From Sphingomicrobium sp. (GTDB lineage Bacteria > Pseudomonadota > Alphaproteobacteria > Sphingomonadales > Sphingomonadaceae): a DNA stretch of 64,000 nucleotides. Positions 10,222-20,776 of the stretch are shown here, piece after piece; positions within the stretch are counted from its first letter, which is position 1; each line of letters opens with the position of its first letter. The notes under the pieces are model-generated. The model did not search any database and was not told the DNA's origin. It worked only from the letters and a program-made list of their open reading frames with translations. Where the stretch lies: NCBI GenBank assembly GCA_039931595.1, contig JBDTRT010000094.1, positions 8,467 to 72,466 on the forward strand. The letters are read 5' to 3'. The translations under genes were made by a program, and so were the position numbers.

Positions 10222-11226
10222 ATGGGCAATGCGACGCGTATCACGGGGGTCAGGTCGGGGTTGGCTGCGGTGCGGCGGCGCTTGCGCGGGCTGCGTCCGG
10301 CGCGTCCGCAGCCGGCGATCCTGATGTATCACCGGATCGGGCCGGAGAGCTTCGATCCGTGGGGCCTGGCGGTCTCGGCCGAGCATTTCGCCGAACAGCT
10401 CAATTGGCTGGCGGCCAACCGCACGGTGCTGCCGCTGGCCGAATTCGCGGCGCTCCATCGCCAGCAGCGCCTGCCCGACAAGGCCGTCGCGCTGACCTTC
10501 GACGATGCTTATGCCTGCAACGCCGTGGTCGCGGTGCCGCTGCTCGAAAACCTCGGCCTGCCGGCGACGATCTTCGTCCCCGCCGAACTGATCGAGCGCG
10601 GTCAGGAGTTCTGGTGGGACGATCTTGAACGGATCGTGCTTGGACATGGCGGCGATGCGCTCCGCCTCGATGGGGAGACCTTTGCGCTCGGCGAGCGCGA
10701 AGCCGGCGACCGGCAGTGGGCGCCCGACGCCGCGCCGCACACCCCCCGGCAAGAGGCCTTCCACAATCTGTGGGCCAAATTGCGCGAACAGGAGCCGGCG
10801 GTGCTGGCGGGGTCGATGGACCAGCTGCGCAAGCAGACCGACGCCGCGGCCGCACCGCGCCCGTCGCACCGGCCGATGACCGCCGGGGAAGTGCACGCGA
10901 CCCGCTCGGCGACCATCGAGATCGGCGCGCACAGCCTGACCCACCCGTCGCTGCCGCGGCTTAGCCCGTCCGAGAAGCGCTACGAGATCGTCGACAGCGT
11001 GGCACGTTGCGCGGCGCTCAGCGGAGTCGTGCCGCGCACCATGGCCTATCCCTACGGCGACTTCGACGCGGAATCGGAGACGCTCGCCGAGGACGCCGGC
11101 TTCCTTTGCGCGTGCACTACCGAACATGGCTTCGTCGGCGCGCACAGCCGGCCGTTCGCACTGCCGCGCCGCCACGTCGGGGACTGGCCCGGCAGCCGGC
11201 TGGCGCGGATGCTCGGGGGTTCATGA
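10222..11226 (+). CDS. Polysaccharide deacetylase (NodB/CE4)
   Basis: LMYHR, TFDDAY, HSLTH and AYPYG motifs. Confidence 0.88.
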   Translation: MGNATRITGVRSGLAAVRRRLRGLRPARPQPAILMYHRIGPESFDPWGLAVSAEHFAEQLNWLAANRTVLPLAEFAALHRQQRLPDKAVALTFDDAYACNAVVAVPLLENLGLPATIFVPAELIERGQEFWWDDLERIVLGHGGDALRLDGETFALGEREAGDRQWAPDAAPHTPRQEAFHNLWAKLREQEPAVLAGSMDQLRKQTDAAAAPRPSHRPMTAGEVHATRSATIEIGAHSLTHPSLPRLSPSEKRYEIVDSVARCAALSGVVPRTMAYPYGDFDAESETLAEDAGFLCACTTEHGFVGAHSRPFALPRRHVGDWPGSRLARMLGGS

Positions 11227-12143
11227 CGGCACCGGCTCCGGACGTCTCGGTGCTCGTGATTGCCTACAATCACGAGCGCTTCGTCGCCCGGGCACTCGAC
11301 AGCGTAATGATGCAGCGCGGGGTGCGGATGGAGGTCATCGTCAGCGAGGATCGCTCGACCGACGGCACGCTTGCGATCATCCGCGCCGCGGCCGCAAAAG
11401 ATGACCGCGTGACGGTCATGACGTCGGAGCAGAACCTGGCGTGCAACGAGACCATCCTGCGGGCGCTGCGCGTGGCCCGCGGGCGCTATGTCGCGATGCT
11501 CGACGCCGACGACATGTGGCTGGTCGACGACAAGCTCGCCCGCCAGGTCGCGATCCTCGATGGCGATCGGTCGCTCGCCGCCTGCTTCCACAATGCGCGG
11601 GTGGTGATCGGCGACAGCTTCGAGCCCGAGGAGCGCTGCTGGACCGCGGCCGACCACCGGCCGCGGATCGGCATGGCCGAAATCTGGGAAGGCAATCCGT
11701 TCGCCACCGCCGCCGGGCTGCTGCGGCGCGACGCGCTCGGCGCGATCGGGCCGTGGTATTCCGAATTCGGGCGCGCGCCGCGGACGACGATGATCACCGA
11801 CTGGCCGCTCTACGTCGCCTGCGCCGAGCACGGCGACCTCGGCTTCAGTCCCGAGCCGGTGGCCGCCTACCGGCTCCACCAGGACGGCGTTTATTCGGCG
11901 CTGCCGTCGCGCCAGAAGCTCGACATCACCGCCGAACTCTATCGGCGCATGGATGCCGGGTTCGGCCACCGCCACCGCGCGCTCGCGGCCGCCGGATGCG
12001 CGGCCTACTTCACCGGCTGGATGACCGAATATGGCGCCCGCGGCGAAACCGCGCTGGCCTGGCGCAGCGCCTGGTACGCGCTGCGATCGGGCGGGATCGG
12101 CTGGCGCCAATGGGTCGCCGAGGCGGCCAGGGCGCTGCGATGA
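11223..12143 (+). CDS. Glycosyltransferase family 2
   Basis: VSVLVIAYN, EDRSTD, LDADD; ATGA overlap with the upstream gene. Confidence 0.88.
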   Translation: MTAPAPDVSVLVIAYNHERFVARALDSVMMQRGVRMEVIVSEDRSTDGTLAIIRAAAAKDDRVTVMTSEQNLACNETILRALRVARGRYVAMLDADDMWLVDDKLARQVAILDGDRSLAACFHNARVVIGDSFEPEERCWTAADHRPRIGMAEIWEGNPFATAAGLLRRDALGAIGPWYSEFGRAPRTTMITDWPLYVACAEHGDLGFSPEPVAAYRLHQDGVYSALPSRQKLDITAELYRRMDAGFGHRHRALAAAGCAAYFTGWMTEYGARGETALAWRSAWYALRSGGIGWRQWVAEAARALR

Positions 12144-13099
12144 GCGGGGCAAGGGCGGTGATTGCGCCAGTCGCGGCGGGCGGGCCGCGGCCGCGCTGGT
12201 CGGTGATGATCCCGGCGTTCGAATGCGCCGCGTACCTTGGCGACACGCTGCGTTCGGTGCTCGCGCAGGATCCGGGGCCAGACGCGATGCAGATCGAAGT
12301 GGTCGACGACGCATCGAGCGACGACCTCGCGGCGATCGTCGGTGCGGTCGGCAAGGGCCGGGTCGGCTATCATCGCCAGCCGCGCAACATCGGCCACATC
12401 GCCAATTTCGCGGCCTGCCTCAATCGCTCGCGGGGCGAACTCGTCCACTTGCTGCACGGCGATGATCTGGTCCTGCCGGGATTTTATGCGGCGCTCGGGC
12501 AAGGCTTCGACGACCCCGCCGTCGGCGCCGCTTTCTGCCGCTGGCAGATCATCGATTTGGCCGGTTCGGTGACGGCGGTGGCCGAGACCGAGCAAGCGAC
12601 TGCCGGACCGCTCGACGATGCGCTGGGCAAGCTCGCCAGCGAGCAGCGCATCGTCACTCCGGCGATCGTCGTGCGGCGCCAGGTGTGGGAGCAGCTCGGC
12701 GGGTTCGACCCGCGCCTCGCCTGCGCCGAGGATTGGGAGATGTGGGTGCGGATCGCGGCCCATTACGGCGTCTGGTACGAACCGGAGCTGCTCGCCGCCT
12801 ATCGCAAGCACGACGATTCCAACACCGGGCGCCATTTCGCCAACGCGCGCGAGCTCCGCTACACCGAGCAGGCGATGAAGCTGTTCCGCCCGCTGCTGCC
12901 GACCGACCGGGCGGCGGCGATCATCGGCTCGGCCAAGCGGGCTTATGCGCGGACCGCGCTCGACAACGCCCGGCAGCTGGCGAGCGAGCGGCGGCGGCGG
13001 GCGATGTGGGCCCATCTGCGGATGGCCTGGCGGCTGGAGCCGGGGATGGCGACGCTGCGCGCGGCAACACGCATTGCCCTGGGCCGGCACAAGCCATGA
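12140..13099 (+). CDS. Glycosyltransferase family 2
   Basis: WSVMIPAF, VVDDASSD, LHGDD, EDWEMW; ATGA overlap. Confidence 0.88.
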   Translation: MSGARAVIAPVAAGGPRPRWSVMIPAFECAAYLGDTLRSVLAQDPGPDAMQIEVVDDASSDDLAAIVGAVGKGRVGYHRQPRNIGHIANFAACLNRSRGELVHLLHGDDLVLPGFYAALGQGFDDPAVGAAFCRWQIIDLAGSVTAVAETEQATAGPLDDALGKLASEQRIVTPAIVVRRQVWEQLGGFDPRLACAEDWEMWVRIAAHYGVWYEPELLAAYRKHDDSNTGRHFANARELRYTEQAMKLFRPLLPTDRAAAIIGSAKRAYARTALDNARQLASERRRRAMWAHLRMAWRLEPGMATLRAATRIALGRHKP

Positions 13100-14097
13100 T
13101 CCGCATCGCGATCAGCGGCTGCGGCGCGGTCACGCAGCTCTATTACCGACCCGCGCTGCAGGCGCTGTGCGACGGCGGCGAGGCAATGCTGGCCGGCGCG
13201 CTCGATCCCGACCGGACCGCGGCCAAGCGCCTGTGCGACGCCTTTCCCGACGCCCGGCCGGTCGGCTCGCTGGACAATCTCCTGGCACTGGACATCGACC
13301 TGTTGGTCGTCGCGTCGCCGCCCGCCCGCCACGCCGAGCAGGCCTGCGCCGCGGCGGCGGCCGGGATCGCCGTGCTGTGCGAGAAACCGATGGCGCTGAC
13401 CGTGGCCGACGCCGAGCGGATGGTCGCTGCGGCCAAGTCATCGAGCGCGCCGTTCGCGGTCGCCATGGTCCGGCGCTTCCTGTCCCAGCCGCGCACAATC
13501 CGCGAGATGATTGCCGGCGAGGCGCTGGGAAAGCTGCAGCGGATCGACATTTTCGAAGGTGGGCGGTTCGACTGGCCGATTGCGTCGCCGGCCTATTTCG
13601 ATCCCAAGCGCGGCGGCGGCGGGGTGCTCGAGGATGTCGGGGTGCATGTGCTCGACCTGTTGCGCTGGTGGCTGGGCGAGCCCGATACGGTGCGCTTTGC
13701 CGACGATGCGCTGGGCGGGGTCGCCGCCAATTGCGCCATTCATCTCGGCTTCGGGCCGACCGAGGTCGCGGTCCGGCTGAGCCGCGACTGGTACCGCCCC
13801 AACGCCTATCGCTTCACCGGCGAGCGCGGCTGGCTGGAGTGGGCGATCCACGAGCGCGACGAACTCGAGCAGGGATCGGCCGGCGAGACGGTCGGAGCGA
13901 TTGTCCCCGAGCGCGACGGACAATGCGCGGCCGGCGGCTACGAGCAAGCGATCGCCGCCCAGCTGCGGGCGATGACCGACGCCATTCGCGGCAAGGCTGG
14001 TGGCGGCCTGGTCAGCGCCGAGGACGGGCTACAGACCATCCGCTTGCTCGACCAGTGCCGGCAAAGCCGGGTGCCGATGGCGATGGAGTGGCTGTGA
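13096..14097 (+). CDS. Gfo/Idh/MocA family oxidoreductase
   Basis: GCGAV Rossmann start, CEKPMA, GGGVLEDVGVHVLD. Confidence 0.88.
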   Translation: MIRIAISGCGAVTQLYYRPALQALCDGGEAMLAGALDPDRTAAKRLCDAFPDARPVGSLDNLLALDIDLLVVASPPARHAEQACAAAAAGIAVLCEKPMALTVADAERMVAAAKSSSAPFAVAMVRRFLSQPRTIREMIAGEALGKLQRIDIFEGGRFDWPIASPAYFDPKRGGGGVLEDVGVHVLDLLRWWLGEPDTVRFADDALGGVAANCAIHLGFGPTEVAVRLSRDWYRPNAYRFTGERGWLEWAIHERDELEQGSAGETVGAIVPERDGQCAAGGYEQAIAAQLRAMTDAIRGKAGGGLVSAEDGLQTIRLLDQCRQSRVPMAMEWL

Positions 14098-15155
14098 CCC
14101 GCATCGCCATTCTTGGGGCCGGCGGGTTCGTCGGCAATCGCGCGGTCGAGATGTTCCATCTCGGCGGCCGGCGCCAGGTGGTGCCGGTGGTCCACCGCGC
14201 CGCGGCGCTGGCGCTGGCGTCGCGCTTCGAACTCGAGGGCCGGGTCGCCAACGCGCTTGACGAGGTGGCCATGGCGCGGGCCTTGTCGGGCTGCGACGCG
14301 GTTGTCGCGGCGGTCGCCGGACCGCCGGCGACGATCGTCGGCATGATCGCGCCCTTGGCCAAGGCGGCCGAGCGCGCCGAAGTCCGCCGGATCGTCTATC
14401 TCAGCAGCCAGATGGTCCATGGTTACGCACCCGAGCCCGGCACCGTCGAGGGCTCGCCCTTCCCGCGCGCCAGACAGACCGCCTACAGCCGCGCCAAGAT
14501 CGCGGCCGAGCGAACGCTGCGGGTGGCATCCGCGGCCGCCGGGATCGAGTGCGTCATCCTCCGCCCGGGGATCGTCTACGGGCCGCGCTCGCGCTGGACC
14601 GGCGGCATCGCCGACGATTTGCTGGCCGGCGACGCCTTCCTGCTGAGCGGCGCGGCCGGTGTGTGCAACGCGGTCTACGTCGACAATCTGGTCGGCGCGA
14701 TCGACCTTGCGATCGACCACCCGGAGGCGGCCGGCGCAGCGCTGTTCGTCAATGATGCGGAGGCGCTCAACTGGGCCGATTTGGTCGAACCGATCGCTGC
14801 AGCGCTTGGCATCGAGCGCGATGCAATCGCCCGGCCGACGCTGGCCGAAGCGCTGGCGTCGGGCCCGTCGTGGACCCAGCGCAAGGTGATCCCGCCGGCC
14901 AAGCGCGCCTTCCGCTTGCTGCCGCGCGGCCTGGCCCATTCCCTGCGCAAGGTACGGCCGAGCGCGCCGGCACAGGCAGATCCGCCGCAACCGCATTTTT
15001 CGCACGAAATGGCCTTGCTCCAGTCCTCCAGCGTCCGCCTTCTTGGCAACGGCCAGGCCGAGCGGCTGCTCGGCTATCGGCCAGCGGTCGCGCATCGCGA
15101 TGCAATGCGCCGCTCGCTCGCCTGGCTGCGCTTTGCCGGCTATCCGGTGGCATGA
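14094..15155 (+). CDS. NAD-dependent epimerase/dehydratase (extended SDR)
   Basis: GTG start; GAGGFVG, YLSS, YSRAK, RPGIVYGP. Confidence 0.85.
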   Translation: MTRIAILGAGGFVGNRAVEMFHLGGRRQVVPVVHRAAALALASRFELEGRVANALDEVAMARALSGCDAVVAAVAGPPATIVGMIAPLAKAAERAEVRRIVYLSSQMVHGYAPEPGTVEGSPFPRARQTAYSRAKIAAERTLRVASAAAGIECVILRPGIVYGPRSRWTGGIADDLLAGDAFLLSGAAGVCNAVYVDNLVGAIDLAIDHPEAAGAALFVNDAEALNWADLVEPIAAALGIERDAIARPTLAEALASGPSWTQRKVIPPAKRAFRLLPRGLAHSLRKVRPSAPAQADPPQPHFSHEMALLQSSSVRLLGNGQAERLLGYRPAVAHRDAMRRSLAWLRFAGYPVA

Positions 15156-16057
15156 CCGCCGTCGATCAGCCGGGGCCGGTGAGCGTCGTCATCCCGACCT
15201 ATAATCACGCGCGCTATCTGGGCGGGGCGATCGACAGCGTGCTGGCGCAGACCGTCGTTCCAGCCGAGATCATCGTCATCGACGACGGCTCGACCGACCG
15301 GCCCGAAGAGGTCGTTGCGCACTATCCGTCGGTGCGCCTGATCCGGCAGGACAATCGCGGGCTTGCCGCCGCCCGCAACACCGGCTGGCACGCGGCCACG
15401 AACCCCTATGTGACATTTCTCGACGCCGATGACCTGCTTCGCACGACCGCGCTCGAGGTCGGGCTCGGACAGTTCGAACGCCATCCAGCCGCGGCGCTCA
15501 ATTACGCTGCCTACGCCAATCTTTACTGGCCATCGGGGCGCACTGTCCCGGTCGCCTTCAGGCCGGTCCCCGAGGATGGCTTCGCCGCGATCCTGCGGGT
15601 CAACCCGATCGGCATGCACGGCACCGTGCTGTATCGCCGGACCTGTCTCGAGGCGGTCGGCGGTTTCGCCGAGGAGCTCGCCGCATCGGAGGATTACGAG
15701 CTCTATTTGCGACTGGCGGCGCGCTTCCCGGTCGCCTGCAGCCCTGAGGTGCTGGCCGATTACCGCCAGCACGACAGCAATATGTCGCGCGACCAGGCCT
15801 TCATGCTGCGCGCGGTGTTGCGGGTTGCCCGGCGCTACGAGGCCGAGGCGCGCAAGCGCGGCTTGCTCGCCGACTATCGGGTGAGCCTGAGGGACTGGAA
15901 AATCTGGTACGTTGAAAATTGGGCTGCCGATATCGGCCAGAACGGGGTCAGCGCGGACAGGATCCGCCAGGGCCTGTCGCTGCTGTGGCAGGCGCCGGTG
16001 GCGATGACCGCGAAGATATCCCACGGCATTTCCCGCCGCCTGCGCCGAGAAGCTTGA
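15152..16057 (+). CDS. Glycosyltransferase family 2
   Basis: VSVVIPTYN, IDDGSTD, FLDADD, SEDYEL. Confidence 0.9.
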   Translation: MTAVDQPGPVSVVIPTYNHARYLGGAIDSVLAQTVVPAEIIVIDDGSTDRPEEVVAHYPSVRLIRQDNRGLAAARNTGWHAATNPYVTFLDADDLLRTTALEVGLGQFERHPAAALNYAAYANLYWPSGRTVPVAFRPVPEDGFAAILRVNPIGMHGTVLYRRTCLEAVGGFAEELAASEDYELYLRLAARFPVACSPEVLADYRQHDSNMSRDQAFMLRAVLRVARRYEAEARKRGLLADYRVSLRDWKIWYVENWAADIGQNGVSADRIRQGLSLLWQAPVAMTAKISHGISRRLRREA

Positions 16058-16060
16058 TCG

Positions 16061-16933
16061 ATGAACCCGCGGGTATCGGCCATCATCATCGTCCGCGACG
16101 GCGAGCAGTTCATCGCCGAAGCGATCGACAGCGTGATCGCGCAGGAGGGGCCCGCCTTCGAGCTGATCGTGGTCGACGATGGTTCGAGCGATGCGACCGA
16201 GACGATCGTCCAGTCCTACGCCGGCCGTCTCGATGGGCGATTGCGGGTGCTGCACCATCCCGGCCACGCCAATCTGGGGATGAGCGCCAGCCGCAATCTC
16301 GGCGTTGCCGACGCCCGCGGCGATTATGTCGCCTTCCTCGACGCCGACGACCGGTGGCTTCCGGCCAAGCTCGCCGAGCAGGTCGCGATCCTCGATTCCG
16401 AGCCGGGGACGTCGATGGTCTATGGCCGCACCTTGATCTGGAACAGCTGGGACCTGACCGGCGGACAGCGCGACTTCTTCTACGACCTCGGCGTGGCGCC
16501 CGACGCGACCTATCGGGCGGGCGCCTTATTCCGCCAGCTGCTCGCCAATCGTTACCAGACTCCGACCACCTGCAACGCGATGATCCGGCGCGATGCCCTG
16601 ATCGCCGTCGGCGGCAGCGACCCGCGGCTGCGCGGGATGTTCGAGGACCAATTGCTGTTCGCCAAGCTCCTGCTCGAATATCCGGTTCACGTCGCGTCGC
16701 AATGCTGGGCGCAGTATCGCCAGCACCCGCGATCAGCCTCGGCCGATGCAGTTGACGCGCTGGACGTCGACCGCGCGCAATTGCGCTATCTCGCGGCGGT
16801 TGGCGAGTATCTGCGGCACAGCCAGAGCGTGCGCCTGCGCGATCGCGTCGCGCTGGCCGCGACCACCGCCAAGGTCGCGGCGCAGATTGTGGCCCGCCAC
16901 GCCAAGCGCGCCTTGCGCCGGTCGGCCCGATGA
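16061..16933 (+). CDS. Glycosyltransferase family 2
   Basis: VDDGSSD, SASRNLG, FLDADD, FEDQ. Confidence 0.9.
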   Translation: MNPRVSAIIIVRDGEQFIAEAIDSVIAQEGPAFELIVVDDGSSDATETIVQSYAGRLDGRLRVLHHPGHANLGMSASRNLGVADARGDYVAFLDADDRWLPAKLAEQVAILDSEPGTSMVYGRTLIWNSWDLTGGQRDFFYDLGVAPDATYRAGALFRQLLANRYQTPTTCNAMIRRDALIAVGGSDPRLRGMFEDQLLFAKLLLEYPVHVASQCWAQYRQHPRSASADAVDALDVDRAQLRYLAAVGEYLRHSQSVRLRDRVALAATTAKVAAQIVARHAKRALRRSAR

Positions 16934-17901
16934 CCGCGCGGGTTTCGATCATCACGCCCTATCGCGATGCCGAGCAATTCCTCGCCGAGGCGATCGACAG
17001 CGTGCTGGCGCAGACCGTCGATTGCTGGGAGTTACTGCTGGTCGACAACCGCTCGAGCGACGGCGGGGCGATGATCGCGGCTAGCTTTGCCAAACGCGAC
17101 CCGCGCATCCGCCTGCTCGCGACGGCGGGCAGCGAGCGGACCGGAGCGGCGGCGGCGCGCAATGTCGGGCTGGCGGCCGCCACCGGCGAGTTCGTCGCCT
17201 TCCTCGACGCCGACGATTTGCTGGTCCCGGACAAGCTTGAGCGAGAGCTTGGGTTGGCCGAGCAATACCCGCAAGCGGCGCTGATTTGCGGGGCGGCCGA
17301 CTGGCTGCAGTTCGGTGCCGAACAACCCTATTGGAACGACCATATGCGCCACGTCGCGAGCGGATTGCACCAGCCGCCCGACCTGCTCGACCAGCTCATC
17401 CTGCTGCGCAACGACCAGGTTCCGTGCACCTGCGCCGTGCTCGCCCGGCGCGCGGCCCTGGTCGATGCCGGCGGGTTCGAAGAAAGCCTCGTGCTGTACG
17501 AAGACCAGAGCGTGTGGGTGAAGTTGTTCGCGCGCTACCCGGCCTATATCGGCCCGCATCTGACCTCAATCTATCGCCAGCGCCCCGATTCCGCGTCCGG
17601 CCAGGCCGAGCGCGCCGGCGAATATCACCGCACCCGGCTTCACCCGGCGCGGGCGGCGTTCCTGGACTGGATCGACCGCTACCTGGGCAAAGAGCGGCTC
17701 GACACCCCGAGCACGCGGCGCGCGCTGCGGCTCGCCCAGGCGCTGTTGAGGCGCGATCCGGGCGCGCTGACGGTCGGCGAACGGATCCAATATGTGTGGC
17801 TGATTCAGCGCGATCTCAGGCGGCGGCTGCGCGGCCGGCTCAACCACTATGCGCGACGGCTGGACAGCGCCCGCCATCGTCTGCCACCCCGGTCGCCGTG
17901 A
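16930..17901 (+). CDS. Glycosyltransferase family 2
   Basis: VDNRSSD, AARNVG, FLDADD, YEDQ; appears paralogous to the preceding GT2. Confidence 0.9.
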   Translation: MTARVSIITPYRDAEQFLAEAIDSVLAQTVDCWELLLVDNRSSDGGAMIAASFAKRDPRIRLLATAGSERTGAAAARNVGLAAATGEFVAFLDADDLLVPDKLERELGLAEQYPQAALICGAADWLQFGAEQPYWNDHMRHVASGLHQPPDLLDQLILLRNDQVPCTCAVLARRAALVDAGGFEESLVLYEDQSVWVKLFARYPAYIGPHLTSIYRQRPDSASGQAERAGEYHRTRLHPARAAFLDWIDRYLGKERLDTPSTRRALRLAQALLRRDPGALTVGERIQYVWLIQRDLRRRLRGRLNHYARRLDSARHRLPPRSP

Positions 17902-19151
17902 CCCGGTCCGCCATCTCCGTCGATACGCTGGGCAAACGCTATCGCTTGCTGACGACCCGCTCGACCAGCTTGCGCGAGGCGATCAGCGAGGCCGGGGTGC
18001 GTCTTTTCCGGCGGGCGCCCGATGACCCGGCGGCAAAGAGCTTCTGGGCCTTGCGCGACGTGTCGTTCAATGTCGGCGAAGGCGAGATTGTCGGGATCGT
18101 CGGCAATAATGGGGCGGGCAAGAGCACCTTGCTCAAGATCCTGTCGCGGATCACGCCACCGACCGAAGGCTCGGTCCGGCTGCGCGGCCGGGTCGGATCG
18201 CTGCTCGAGGTCGGCACCGGCTTCCATCCCGAGCTCAGCGGGCGCGACAACATCTTCATGAACGGCGTCCTGCTCGGCATGGAGCGGCGCGAGATCCGCC
18301 GCCGGTTCGACGAGATCGTGGCCTTCGCCGAAGTCGAGAAGTTCATCGAGCTGCCGGTCAAGCGCTATTCCAGCGGAATGTATTTGCGGCTGGCGTTCGC
18401 GGTCGCGGCGCACCTCGAGACCGACATATTGCTGATCGACGAAGTGCTCGCGGTCGGCGACATCGCCTTCCAGAAAAAGTGCATGGCGCGGATGGACGAG
18501 GTCGCCCACGCCGGCCGCACGATCCTGTTCGTCAGCCACAATCTGACCGCGGTCCAGGCGCTGTGCCCGCGGACGATCTGGATTGACCACGGCGGGCTGC
18601 TTGCCGACGGCGAGACCCGCGACGTGCTGACCCGCTATCTCAAGTCGGCCAACACCACGGGTTCGGCCAACGAGCGCCAGTGGCCAGGCGACGACGGACC
18701 GTCGGCCGGCAACATTCGGCTGCGGCGCGCTGTGGTGCGGCCGGCCGGCGGCATGCCATCCGATCCAATCGACGTCACCGCCGCGATCGAGGTCGAGTTC
18801 GACATGTTCGTGGCCAGACCGACGGCAGCCGCGACCGCCGGTTTCCAGTTGATCAACGACCAGGGCCTCCTGGTGTTCGATACCGGGCCAGAAGAAGGGC
18901 CGGTGACGTGGCGACAGGGGTTCCACCGGCTGCGCGCGACCATCCCCGGCGACCTCCTCAACGCCGGTTCCTATCGGGTCACGCTGTTCCTCTATCGCGA
19001 TGGCAATGCCGAGCTTCAGATGCCCGAGGTGCTGGTCTTCGACGTGCTCGATTCACCCGACAACCGCCATGGCTGGTACGGCACCTGGCCGGGCGCGATC
19101 CGGCCCCACCTGGCTTGGACGCATGAGGCCGAAGCGGTCGGCCCGGCCTAG
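17898..19151 (+). CDS. wzt: Polysaccharide ABC exporter ATPase with C-terminal Wzt carbohydrate-binding domain
   Basis: GNNGAGKST, LLEVGTGFHPELSGRDN, YSSGMYLRLAFA, DEVLAVGD plus C-terminal Ig-like extension. Confidence 0.92.
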   Translation: MTRSAISVDTLGKRYRLLTTRSTSLREAISEAGVRLFRRAPDDPAAKSFWALRDVSFNVGEGEIVGIVGNNGAGKSTLLKILSRITPPTEGSVRLRGRVGSLLEVGTGFHPELSGRDNIFMNGVLLGMERREIRRRFDEIVAFAEVEKFIELPVKRYSSGMYLRLAFAVAAHLETDILLIDEVLAVGDIAFQKKCMARMDEVAHAGRTILFVSHNLTAVQALCPRTIWIDHGGLLADGETRDVLTRYLKSANTTGSANERQWPGDDGPSAGNIRLRRAVVRPAGGMPSDPIDVTAAIEVEFDMFVARPTAAATAGFQLINDQGLLVFDTGPEEGPVTWRQGFHRLRATIPGDLLNAGSYRVTLFLYRDGNAELQMPEVLVFDVLDSPDNRHGWYGTWPGAIRPHLAWTHEAEAVGPA

Positions 19152-20026
19152 ATCAGGTCGGCGAACTTGTCCTCGATCGCGCTGAACAGGACGATCCCGC
19201 CGACCAGCACGACCACGCTGGTGGCCAGCGACAGCCCGAGCAGCGCGGGCGACGGAAGCGGCGTGCCGAGCACGGTCCAGCGAAACCCCTCGACGATCCC
19301 GGCCATCGGGTTGAACCCGGCCAGCCACTGCCATTTTTCGGGAATCAGATTGGCCGGATAAGCGACCGGCGTTGCAAACAGCCAGATCTGGGCGAGGAAG
19401 CCGACCAAATGGCGAATGTCGCGATAGAGCACGTTTAGCGCGCCCAGCGCCGCCCCGACCCCGGTCGCGACCGCCGCCGCCATGATCACGAACAGCGGCG
19501 CGAACAGGATCTGCGGCCCGACCGAGACCCCCTCCCACAGCAACAGGCAAAGCAGCAAGGCGAGGCCGATCAGGAAATCGACCAGGACCACGCCGATCGC
19601 CGCCAGCGGGATGATCAGCCGCGGGAAATAGATCTTGGTGATCTGGTTCTGGTGGGCGACCACCGACCCCGCGGCGTTGGTCATGCCCTGGCTGAACAGG
19701 TTCCATACGACCAGCCCGGCGAGGCAGAACAGGGGATAAGGGACGCCATAGGATTCGACCCCGATCAGCCGCCCGAAGACGACCCAGAACACGAGCATTG
19801 TGGTGATCGGCTGGATTACCGCCCAGCCGACCCCGAACACGGTCTGCGAATAGCGCGTCTTGACGTCGCGCCAGACGAAGAAGCCGAGCAAGTCGGCGCT
19901 TCGAGCGACTTCGCCCAGCCGCGGCAGCGGCCACCGCCCGACCGGGACGATCAGATTTTCGGCGGCGCCGCATGGGCCCGTCTGGTCGGTCATGGATGGT
20001 GCCGCTTGATCGTCATGAGATTGCAT
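19148..20026 (-). CDS. wzm: Polysaccharide ABC exporter permease
   Basis: RDVKTRYSQTVFGVGWAVIQP, KIYFPR, YRD, NPMAGIVEGFR, FADLI; RBS AAGGGG. Confidence 0.92.
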   Translation of the reverse strand: MQSHDDQAAPSMTDQTGPCGAAENLIVPVGRWPLPRLGEVARSADLLGFFVWRDVKTRYSQTVFGVGWAVIQPITTMLVFWVVFGRLIGVESYGVPYPLFCLAGLVVWNLFSQGMTNAAGSVVAHQNQITKIYFPRLIIPLAAIGVVLVDFLIGLALLLCLLLWEGVSVGPQILFAPLFVIMAAAVATGVGAALGALNVLYRDIRHLVGFLAQIWLFATPVAYPANLIPEKWQWLAGFNPMAGIVEGFRWTVLGTPLPSPALLGLSLATSVVVLVGGIVLFSAIEDKFADLI

Positions 20027-20055
20027 TTATCCCCTTGTCAGTGGACAGGAGTTGG

Positions 20056-20766
20056 ATGAACCGGTCAAGCTTGGGGCAGCGGAGCGGCGGGCTGCGCAAA
20101 TCATTGGGCCGGGTCCGGGCGCGCCTCGACCTCAAATATGGCCGGATCGGGCGGACTGTGCCGCTCAGCCGGGAGTTCGGCTACGACCGCGGCCAGCCAA
20201 TCGACCGCCGCTATATCGAAGGCTTCCTCGCGGCTCATTCGGCCGACATCCGCGGCAATGTCCTGGAGATCGGCGACGCGTCCTATTCGCAGCAGTTCGG
20301 CGGCGACCGCATCACCCGCCAGGACATCCTGCATGTCCACGCCGGCAACCCGATCGCGACCATCATCGGCGATTTGTCCGATCCGGCGGTCCTGCCGTCA
20401 AAGCGGTTCGACTGCATCATCCTGACCCAGACCCTCCACTTGATCTTCGACATGCCGCGCGCGATCGAGCAGATCCATCGGTCGCTGGCGCCGGGCGGTG
20501 TGGCCCTGATTACCGTGCCCGGGATCACCCCGATCGACCGCCACGAGTGGGGCGAAACCTGGTTCTGGTCGCTCACCCGGCGGGCGCTCGAACGGCTGCT
20601 GAGCGGTCCGTTCGAAGCGGAAAAGGTCGCTTTCAACGAATATGGCAATTTGTTCGCCGCGACCGCTTTCCTCCACGGCGCCGCGGTGGAAGACGTCGAC
20701 ACCGCCAAGCTCGAGCGGTTCGATGCGACCTATCCGGTGATCGTCGGAGCGCGCGCCGAGGCCTGA
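20056..20766 (+). CDS. Class I SAM-dependent methyltransferase
   Basis: FGYDRGQPIDRRYIE, VLEIGD, FDCIILTQTLH, LAPGG; RBS CAGGAG. Confidence 0.85.
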   Translation: MNRSSLGQRSGGLRKSLGRVRARLDLKYGRIGRTVPLSREFGYDRGQPIDRRYIEGFLAAHSADIRGNVLEIGDASYSQQFGGDRITRQDILHVHAGNPIATIIGDLSDPAVLPSKRFDCIILTQTLHLIFDMPRAIEQIHRSLAPGGVALITVPGITPIDRHEWGETWFWSLTRRALERLLSGPFEAEKVAFNEYGNLFAATAFLHGAAVEDVDTAKLERFDATYPVIVGARAEA

Positions 20767-20776
20767 TGCGCGGCGC